Below the pieces are notes generated by a model. That model saw nothing but the letters and a program-made list of their open reading frames with translations. It did not search any database and was not told the DNA's origin. Positions 56,796 through 64,000 of a stretch of 64,000 nt of DNA are shown in pieces (within the stretch, counting starts at the first letter, position 1; every line of letters begins with the position of its first letter). This DNA is from Candidatus Thorarchaeota archaeon. Lineage in GTDB: Archaea > Asgardarchaeota > Thorarchaeia > Thorarchaeales > Thorarchaeaceae. The stretch is taken from the NCBI GenBank assembly GCA_020348985.1, contig CP070761.1:1305747-1369746 (forward strand), given 5' to 3'. A program made the translations under genes and the position numbers.

Positions 56796-57854
56796 ATGAT
56801 CAAGATTGATGGCTCGCATGGCGAAGGCGGCGGGCAGATTCTCCGAACTTCAGTCGCGCTCTCAGCTCTCACTATGGAGCCTGTTCAGATTCATAACATA
56901 AGAGCTGGTCGGCCAAACCCAGGTCTACGGAACCAACACATTGGTGGGATCAACCTAACAGGTCAGTTGGTAAGTGCCGAGATTGAGGGATTGGAGGTTG
57001 GTAGCAAAGAGGTGACATTCAGACCTCAAGAGCGTCGAGGTGGAATGTTTCGTCATGATGTGGGGACAGCAGGATCAATCTCTCTGGTTCTTCAGGCCGT
57101 TCTGCCAGCCGCAGTCCTCTCACCAGAACCAGTGTCCTTTGTTCTAAGAGGAGGAACTGATGTTGCATGGAGTCCGCCGGTCGATTACATGAGGGAGGTA
57201 TTCATTCCTATCCTGCATAAGATGGGGCCCGAGATTGAGATCCTTCAGAAGAAGAGAGGGCACTATCCGAGAGGTGGAGGGATTGTCGAATGCAGAGTGA
57301 ATCCTGTTGAGGTACTAGCACCGCTGTCTCTTTTTGAGTTTGGGAATCTGAAACAAATTGGAGGTATATCACATTGTGTACGTCTACCTGGACATATTGC
57401 GGAAAGACAGGCCAGCACTGCGGAGAAGATCCTTTCTGAAAGACCCAGGGCAGTGGAAATCAGGAGAGTCTTCTATCCTAGGAACGACGATCCACATCTA
57501 GGACCAGGCAGTGGAATTGTACTCTGGGCTGAATCTGATGAGGGTGCAATTATTGGGTCCGATGCTCTCGGCGAGAGAAGAAAACGCGCTGAAGAAGTAG
57601 GTGCGGAGGCTGCCGGAAAGCTCCTCGAAGAACTGGCAACGGGAAGAGCTCTGGACTCTCATCTTTGTGATATGCTGGTGCCATATCTTGCCGCGGCAAG
57701 AGGTACGAGTATCGTTGGAATGACCAAGATAACCTCGCATCTTGAGACTAACATATGGGCAGCTCATCAGATCCTTGGTGTTGAAGCAACACTAGAAGGA
57801 ACCAGAGGAAATCCTGGGAAGCTAATCGTCAATGGAATGGAAATCTCTCTGTGA
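56796..57854 (+). CDS. rtcA: RNA 3'-terminal phosphate cyclase
   Basis: DGSHGEGGGQILR, GGTDV.WSP, G.YPRGGG, H..TN. Confidence 0.95.
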   Translation: MIKIDGSHGEGGGQILRTSVALSALTMEPVQIHNIRAGRPNPGLRNQHIGGINLTGQLVSAEIEGLEVGSKEVTFRPQERRGGMFRHDVGTAGSISLVLQAVLPAAVLSPEPVSFVLRGGTDVAWSPPVDYMREVFIPILHKMGPEIEILQKKRGHYPRGGGIVECRVNPVEVLAPLSLFEFGNLKQIGGISHCVRLPGHIAERQASTAEKILSERPRAVEIRRVFYPRNDDPHLGPGSGIVLWAESDEGAIIGSDALGERRKRAEEVGAEAAGKLLEELATGRALDSHLCDMLVPYLAAARGTSIVGMTKITSHLETNIWAAHQILGVEATLEGTRGNPGKLIVNGMEISL

Positions 57855-58898
57855 AATCTCTGATAGGAACTCCTTAACAGATTCTTCCATTGATGTAAGA
57901 TCGACTGCCTCTATGGCTTGCTCCATGATCTCATGAACACCTACGCCCTCAATTGCAACCATCTCGTGAGCTTCAGGCATTCTCTTCTTTGCTTCCTCAA
58001 GCTGCTCTGGGGGAGTGATGTCGACCTTATTGAAAACAACAAGAATGGGGTTGAGTACGAACATGCGCCTGACTTCATTGTATAGGTTGATCTGTTCGTC
58101 TAGTGTCCACCCACATGCCTCTGATGGGTCAATCATGAATATGATCACGTGGGCCAAGTACTTGAGCGCCGCTATAGCCTCTCTTTCGATTTCGTTGCGC
58201 TTCGACATCGGACGATCTAGAATTCCCGGTGTATCGACAATTTGGACACGATTGTCTTCCACAGTCAAGTGACCAACAATGACACTCTTAGTTGTGAAGG
58301 GATAGTAGGCAATCTCTGGCTCTGCCGTGGAAACTGCCTTTACGAGAGTAGACTTACCGACATTTGGAAAACCCGCGCAGACAATGGTTGGCGAGTTCGG
58401 TACTATTCCCGGGAGTTTCGCCATCGTCTTCTTTGCCTCAATGATGAAATCAATGTTGTTAGCAGTCGCTCGCAGTATAGAGGATATTCTGCCTTTTGCA
58501 GCTCGACGAGTTCGTTTCATCTGATGGAAATCTTCGGCAAGTCTTAGGGCTTCAAGGTGCTTATTGGTGATATCATCTATGGGAGGAATGGAATTGTGTA
58601 CTGCACCCAGAGCCTGTTTGAGTTTGTCTGTTCCGATAAGAATCTCAGTCAATTCAAGGTAGAAAGGATGTAGGCGGTCTAGAGAAGGGAATCCCTCAAC
58701 TATCCCTTTAAGCTTGGTTTTCACATTCTTCGTGAATTCCTGAAGTCTCGTTATCTCTCTAATTCGACTACGTTCCAAGCGCTTCAATCTTAGAGAACTC
58801 TTCATGCTTATTCTGACAGACTTGTTATGCGCGAACTCGATAATCTCTTCTGCAGTCATCATTGTGGGAATGTTGCTGAAGGGATTGAGTCGTCGCAA
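57822..58898 (-). CDS. NOG1-family GTPase
   Basis: LHPFY, GFPNVGKS, YPFTT, DTPGILDRP, NKVD. Confidence 0.93.
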   Translation of the reverse strand: MRRLNPFSNIPTMMTAEEIIEFAHNKSVRISMKSSLRLKRLERSRIREITRLQEFTKNVKTKLKGIVEGFPSLDRLHPFYLELTEILIGTDKLKQALGAVHNSIPPIDDITNKHLEALRLAEDFHQMKRTRRAAKGRISSILRATANNIDFIIEAKKTMAKLPGIVPNSPTIVCAGFPNVGKSTLVKAVSTAEPEIAYYPFTTKSVIVGHLTVEDNRVQIVDTPGILDRPMSKRNEIEREAIAALKYLAHVIIFMIDPSEACGWTLDEQINLYNEVRRMFVLNPILVVFNKVDITPPEQLEEAKKRMPEAHEMVAIEGVGVHEIMEQAIEAVDLTSMEESVKEFLSEISQRDFHSIDD

Positions 58899-59011
58899 AT
58901 CTGCACCATCCTTTTTTGTTGTATCTCTTAGTCTTTGAACCCTTCAAAAACGTTTTAAAAAGAGCGGAGCTGTCACAATCTGAGTTCAGCGAGCCCAGAG
59001 AGGTTCTTCTT

Positions 59012-59602
59012 ATGTCACTTCCAACAGGCGCAACAGTTGTAGGTATAAAGTGCAGTGATGGTGCCGTAGTAGCTACTGATTCAATGATTAGCTGGGGCAC
59101 GACAGTCTTGAGTGAGAAAGGTATCAAAGCATTCAAGCTGACGGATACAATCGTCTTGGCTTCAGCAGGATTGACTTCTGACTATCAGATGCTCGTGAAC
59201 AGGCTCAAGGCGCAGATCAAGCTATACGAGCTTAACCAAAAGAAGGAGATCTCTGTGAAGTCGCTCTCAAAGATTATTGCAAACACTCTCTATGCGAGAC
59301 GGATGGCTCCTCTGTACGTGCAGACAGTTGTAGTAGGAATTGATGAAGACGGCCCTGCCTTGTTTACACTTGACATGGGTGGTTCACTAATTCCGGATAC
59401 CTTTACTGCGGCAGGCAGTGGAATTAGGACTGCTTATGGTGTTCTTGAGCATGAATATTCACCCGAGATTACCGTGAAGGAAGCCGAAGAGACTGCGATC
59501 AGGGCTGTCAAGGCCGGCATTGCCAGGGATATTCAGTCAGGTGGACCAATTCGTGTCATGTCAGTAACAAAGGATGGCGTGACAGAAAGAGAAGCTAACT
59601 AG
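59012..59602 (+). CDS. psmB: Proteasome beta subunit, probably non-catalytic (Thr1 replaced by Ala)
   Basis: TGATVVGIK, AG..SD.Q, AGSG, RD..SG. Confidence 0.9.
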   Translation: MSLPTGATVVGIKCSDGAVVATDSMISWGTTVLSEKGIKAFKLTDTIVLASAGLTSDYQMLVNRLKAQIKLYELNQKKEISVKSLSKIIANTLYARRMAPLYVQTVVVGIDEDGPALFTLDMGGSLIPDTFTAAGSGIRTAYGVLEHEYSPEITVKEAEETAIRAVKAGIARDIQSGGPIRVMSVTKDGVTEREAN

Positions 59603-60870
59603 TGCGTGTGCAATGCTTGAGCCTCACTTCTCTAGTTTTCAGAGCACATCCCACATCCAGATATAGCGTGGCGGCACTACTTGGTGCGATACAATCTGAT
59701 TCCCGACTCTCTGAATTGATTTTGAAAGCCCCACTACGAAACTTCGAGAGTGTAGTCAGGAATCATTTCAAAGCCGGAAGAACTGCTGCTGCCTTCTCCG
59801 TCATGAGTACTCATCAGGCCAGAGTCCAAGAGGAAGTCCGCAGACTTAGAGAAATCTGCGGAGAAGATTTGATACTGATTGCAGGAGGTCCACACGCAAG
59901 CGCGAGACCGAAGGATCTCTTGGATTGCGGATTCGATTACGTCATCATAGGAGAGGGTGAGCAATCTCTCAACGATCTTCTGGTTAAGTTGATGAATGAT
60001 GCAGATCCGGAGAGAGTTCAGGGTGTTGTGTCGAAGAGGACCACGGAGTATCCGCTCCCTCGTTCTCTTCCAAGAATATTACTAGATGACTACCCGCCAT
60101 TCGCCCTAGACATGAATGTAGTGGGACCTGTCGAAGTCACGAGAGGCTGTCCTTATGCATGCAAGTTTTGCAGCACACCCTTTTTGACCGGTGGCCGTGT
60201 CAGACATAGGTCAACGAAGACAGTAGTGCATTGGCTGAAGAGGGCTGTCGAAGAGAGAGGATTCATGAGAACCTGGTTCTTGTCACCAAATGCTCTATGC
60301 TACGGCGGGAAGGGGCGCACCCTAGAGGTAGAGAAACTTGAGGGTCTACTATCTGCATCGACTGCAATAGAGGGGCTTGAAGAGGTCTTCTTTGGCTCGT
60401 TCCCCTCGGAGGTGCGTCCGGACTTTGTTACCAAGACAGTACTTGAGATGATTAGACAGTATGTAGCAAACGATAGCCTACAGATTGGTATGCAAGCCGG
60501 AAGTGATCACGTTCTCGAGTTGTCCAATAGAGGTCATTCTGTTGAGGAGGGGATGAATGCAGTTCGTCTTGCTCTTGATAGCGGTTTCATTCCCCATGTT
60601 GATATGATATTTGGGCTCCCAGGAGAACGAGACTCAGATCTTAGGGCAAGCCTAGATCTCTGCCATTCCTTGGATGAAATGGGTGCTAGTGTGCATGGAC
60701 ACGTGTTCATGCCCCTGCCGGGAAGTGCCTTCGAGAACATGCCTGCAGGGGTCTTGAACCAAGAAACTCGAAAGGAGTTGGGAGAGATGTCGAGAAGAGG
60801 GGTCTTGACTGGGTCTTGGTCCAATCAGGAGAAGCTTGCCAGAGATCTCGAGTCCAAGCAGGAGAGATAA
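59602..60870 (+). CDS. B12-binding radical SAM protein (TIGR04013-like)
   Basis: AGGPHAS, GEGE, RGCPYACKFC, FPSEVRP, FMPLPG. Confidence 0.88.
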   Translation: MRVQCLSLTSLVFRAHPTSRYSVAALLGAIQSDSRLSELILKAPLRNFESVVRNHFKAGRTAAAFSVMSTHQARVQEEVRRLREICGEDLILIAGGPHASARPKDLLDCGFDYVIIGEGEQSLNDLLVKLMNDADPERVQGVVSKRTTEYPLPRSLPRILLDDYPPFALDMNVVGPVEVTRGCPYACKFCSTPFLTGGRVRHRSTKTVVHWLKRAVEERGFMRTWFLSPNALCYGGKGRTLEVEKLEGLLSASTAIEGLEEVFFGSFPSEVRPDFVTKTVLEMIRQYVANDSLQIGMQAGSDHVLELSNRGHSVEEGMNAVRLALDSGFIPHVDMIFGLPGERDSDLRASLDLCHSLDEMGASVHGHVFMPLPGSAFENMPAGVLNQETRKELGEMSRRGVLTGSWSNQEKLARDLESKQER

Positions 60871-60934
60871 GAAAAAGCCTCACAATGGCAAATCTTGATA
60901 AGAGTGCCTAGAGGCAATCGCCCTGATTGAGAAG

Positions 60935-61900
60935 TTGCCCGAAGACATGCCAGAGACCCTCAGAAGCAAGCTCCTCAGCCAGGGCTATCATTTGCTTGGA
61001 TCAAGGGGCGCTTTCAAGGCATGCCAGTGGCAGAAGAAGAGTCTACTAAATGATGATGTCTGTTACAAACAGCGTTTCTATGGAATTGAGTCCCATCGAT
61101 GTCTGCAGATGACACCTGTGGTTGATAAGTGCAGTCAGAGCTGCGAGTTCTGCTGGCGAGTTACTCCTGCAGACATTGGCTCTGCATGGGATCAGGTAGA
61201 AGTCACCGAGGATGAGGTGCTGGAACCACGGGCACTCATGGATGCCGTGCTGACGGCCAACCTAAGGTCTCTTGGCGGGTATAATCCTCAAGCTGGAGCA
61301 ATTGTGTCAGAAAAGAAGTATAGGGAGGCTAGAGAGCCAAAACATATGGCCATCTCCCTAGCAGGGGAACCGACTCTCTACCCTTTTCTTAGTGAGTTCA
61401 TAGAGGAGGTCCACAGCAGAGGAATGACATCATTTCTTGTCACGAATGGTTTACATCCATCGGTCCTGGGAGAGATAGCATTGCCCACTCAATTGTATGT
61501 GACTTTGGCTGCACCGGACAGGAAGACGCATAGGGAGCTATGTCGGCCAAGTTCTTCAAACGCATGGAGTCAACTCCAACAGACTCAGGAACTCTTAGGG
61601 TCTCTTTCATGTCGACGTGCCAATAGACTCACGATGGTAGAAGGGAAGAATATGTTCAGACCGAGAGCATATGCTGACTTGATTCTTAGTGGAGAACCAG
61701 ACTTCATCGAGGTCAAGGGATACATGTTTTTGGGCTCCTCCAGGGGGCGGCTAAGTCCCCAGAACGCCCCATCTCACCGTGCAATCAGGTCGTTCTCGGA
61801 AAAGCTGGCAGCATTGACAGGATACTATTTGCAGGATGAACAGGCGGAAAGCAGAGTGACGCTGCTGTCACGGAGCAAACAAATTAAGAAGATTCAGTAA
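60935..61900 (+). CDS. taw1: 4-demethylwyosine synthase
   Basis: CYKQRFYGIESHRC, CSQSCEFCWR, AISLAGEPTLY, EVKGY. Confidence 0.94.
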   Translation: MPEDMPETLRSKLLSQGYHLLGSRGAFKACQWQKKSLLNDDVCYKQRFYGIESHRCLQMTPVVDKCSQSCEFCWRVTPADIGSAWDQVEVTEDEVLEPRALMDAVLTANLRSLGGYNPQAGAIVSEKKYREAREPKHMAISLAGEPTLYPFLSEFIEEVHSRGMTSFLVTNGLHPSVLGEIALPTQLYVTLAAPDRKTHRELCRPSSSNAWSQLQQTQELLGSLSCRRANRLTMVEGKNMFRPRAYADLILSGEPDFIEVKGYMFLGSSRGRLSPQNAPSHRAIRSFSEKLAALTGYYLQDEQAESRVTLLSRSKQIKKIQ

Positions 61901-61920
61901 AGTGGACGAGGGCGAGAGCA

Positions 61921-62550
61921 ATGGGATTATCTGAGATTCTGCAGGAAATTACCAGAGAAATTGAATTGGATGATGAGGTGCGAGAGAAGGTCCTACCTCT
62001 TGCACGAAGTGCAGTACGGCTCTGTGGGGAGTCCATCAAGAAGAGCCACAGAGGACAGTTTGATGAAGCTAGAAGACTGATTCAGGAAGCACAAAACACA
62101 ATCATGGATGCAGAGAAAGAGCTATCAAGAAGCAGATTCCTAAGTCAATCGAGGCCGCTGGACACATCATACCAGGAACTGGCCGAGGCAGCGAATCTGT
62201 TATCCATTCTAGACAATGGTTCATTCACAGAGCCGAGCAAGCATGACATTCCATCACGTCCATATTTGACTGGATTGGCCGACACAATCGGTGAATTGAG
62301 AAGAGCGACGTTGGATTGTCTTCGTAGCGACAATGTGAGGAAAGCAGAGAACCTCCTGAGCACTATGGAAGAGATCTTGGAGGGGCTCGGTGCAATTGAC
62401 TACCCTCATGCATTGGTGCCAGAACTCAGAAGAAAGTGTGACATTGGGAGAGGTGTTGTGGAAAGAACCAGAGGAGATGTGACAACGGCCGTCAGACAAG
62501 AGAAGCTCGTGGGAGAGCTAAGCAAGTTTGAGCGTAAGAAAGAAGACTAG
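61921..62550 (+). CDS. Translin/Trax-like protein
   Basis: YQELAEA, YLTGLADTIGELRR, LRRKCD. Confidence 0.88.
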   Translation: MGLSEILQEITREIELDDEVREKVLPLARSAVRLCGESIKKSHRGQFDEARRLIQEAQNTIMDAEKELSRSRFLSQSRPLDTSYQELAEAANLLSILDNGSFTEPSKHDIPSRPYLTGLADTIGELRRATLDCLRSDNVRKAENLLSTMEEILEGLGAIDYPHALVPELRRKCDIGRGVVERTRGDVTTAVRQEKLVGELSKFERKKED

Positions 62551-62563
62551 AGGAGCTAGGAGA

Positions 62564-63244
62564 ATGACAACACCCGATATCTGGTTCACATTGTACTCGC
62601 TGGCACGAAAGGGAGCTCTCCACAGAAGTATTACAATAACGACTAGTGAGCTTGGTGGTGTGCTGGGCATCAGTCAACAGACAGCATCCAGACGAATCTC
62701 ATATTGTGTTGATGAGGGCTTCGTTGCAAGAACACATACAGCTGCAGGAATGCTGCTTCAGATAACTGAGAGAGGAAGACGAGAACTCTCCGAAGTTCTT
62801 GGGGAGCTCGAGATTGCATTCGTCCCGCCGGGAGACGAGATTGTGATCAGGGGTAGTGTGACACATGGCCTAGGAGAGGGTGCTTACTACGTTGAGGTCT
62901 ATGCTACAAGATTCAGAGAAGCACTTGGCTTTCTCCCGTTCTCTGGAACGCTGAACGTGATTATCAGAGAAGAGGAGTCAAGGAAAGCAACCACAAGAAT
63001 GCGACAAAGTCCCCCTCTCATCGTACATGGGTTCAGTTATGAAGGACGAACCTTTGGTGACGTGATTTGCTATAGAGTGAAAGTGGACAATGCCGTAGAG
63101 GGGGCAGTCGTAATTGCGCAACGTACGCATCATAGTGAGAATACATTGGAAGTAATTGCACCATATGATCTCCGTGAAAAACTCGGACTTGAAGATGAAG
63201 ACATTGTTGAGCTGACTGTTATCCCATTGCATATGGCTACTTAG
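62564..63244 (+). CDS. ribK: CTP-dependent riboflavin kinase with N-terminal HTH
   Basis: SQQTASR, GLGEGAYY, PFSGTLN, RTHH..EVIAP. Confidence 0.92.
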   Translation: MTTPDIWFTLYSLARKGALHRSITITTSELGGVLGISQQTASRRISYCVDEGFVARTHTAAGMLLQITERGRRELSEVLGELEIAFVPPGDEIVIRGSVTHGLGEGAYYVEVYATRFREALGFLPFSGTLNVIIREEESRKATTRMRQSPPLIVHGFSYEGRTFGDVICYRVKVDNAVEGAVVIAQRTHHSENTLEVIAPYDLREKLGLEDEDIVELTVIPLHMAT

Positions 63245-63245
63245 A

Positions 63246-63923
63246 CTAGTGACCGTACTCGCCTGTTAGTGGCACAAACGCAACACCGCCCCATCGCCTT
63301 GAAGATATCCTTCCATCCTGTTCCTTCTTGACAAGAAGCAGTTCTTGATAGAACCCCCTAGACCCCACTGGAATAAGCATGATGCCGCCTGGTTTGAGCT
63401 GCTCGACTAGTGGTGGAGGGATATCGGGAGCAGCCGCTGCAACTAGGATTCGATCAAAAGGGGCATATTCGGGAAGACCGATCCCGCCATCTCCTTGTAT
63501 CAGCTTGACTATATCGGAGTATCCAGTACGCTCCAGATTTCCTTTAGCAAAGTCGATCAGCGCCTCAACGATTTCGACTGTGTAGACAGTGCCGCTTTCA
63601 GATGGCTCAATTCCCTTCACCAACTCCCCACATAGAGCCGCGTGATATCCTGACCCAGCGCCTACCTCCAACACTTTCATTCCTGGTGCAAGGTCTAGAC
63701 CTTCACACATGATTGCGCACATATGAGGAGCCGAAATCGTTTGGCCGTGTCCTATAGGAAGAGGCGTGTCTCTGTAGGCTTCGTCTACTGCGCTTGGAAG
63801 CACAAATTCCTCCCTTGGAACTACTCTGAAGGCGGCCTCAACTCGACTTGATGTTATGTAGCCTCTGTCCTTGAGGCGCTGAATAAGTCGTTCGCGTTCT
63901 CTGTCGAGTCGACTATCGGTCAT
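63246..63923 (-). CDS. pcm: Protein-L-isoaspartate O-methyltransferase
   Basis: VPREEF, GQTISAPHM, VLEVGAGSGY, APFDRI, V.FVPL. Confidence 0.95.
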   Translation of the reverse strand: MTDSRLDRERERLIQRLKDRGYITSSRVEAAFRVVPREEFVLPSAVDEAYRDTPLPIGHGQTISAPHMCAIMCEGLDLAPGMKVLEVGAGSGYHAALCGELVKGIEPSESGTVYTVEIVEALIDFAKGNLERTGYSDIVKLIQGDGGIGLPEYAPFDRILVAAAAPDIPPPLVEQLKPGGIMLIPVGSRGFYQELLLVKKEQDGRISSRRWGGVAFVPLTGEYGH

Positions 63924-64000
63924 GCCAATCGAGCACCCCAATGAACGCGCATTGATAAAAGGGCTTGTGGCAAGTGAAAGAGTCAATGGAACGCATTGCT

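Noticed and set aside
1-64000. CRISPR arrays, rRNA, transposases, integrases
   Set aside because: No regularly spaced repeats or corresponding protein motifs were seen by eye.

Overview
Archaeal chromosomal segment, most likely from an Asgard archaeon (Thorarchaeia-like). This rests on four roadblock/LC7 genes, an MglA-type GTPase, and Sec23/24-like, PCI-like, EMC6-like and Vps29-like proteins. It is mostly housekeeping: translation and RNA modification (SRP54 3' end, uL16, eL33, eS8, DHS, TrmJ, Taw1, ProRS, Rqc2, Nog1, RtcA), smc-scpA-scpB, tfrAB plus a two-subunit fumarase, hypA/hypE, pyrC, nadC, NMNAT, a proteasome beta subunit and three tRNAs (Glu-UUC, Ile2/Met-CAU, intron-containing Asn-GUU). 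The most interesting signals are missing from the ORF track. (1) A cluster of 27-42 aa micro-ORFs at 11.7-12.8 kb shares an [ST]-E-x-[LIM] motif; the main transcript has SD sites and hairpins at both ends, and it lies inside a roadblock/GTPase/Sec23-24 neighbourhood. (2) A box C/D guide RNA at 5613-5686 has two guides matching LSU rRNA H69-H71; one is predicted to hit the site equivalent to yeast Am2256. (3) tRNA-Glu is bracketed on both sides by single-gene islets, one closed by a copy of the tRNA 5' half and the other by a copy of its 3' end, with no integrase in the window. No CRISPR array, rRNA or transposase was seen. All protein calls come from motif recognition by eye, not database searches.
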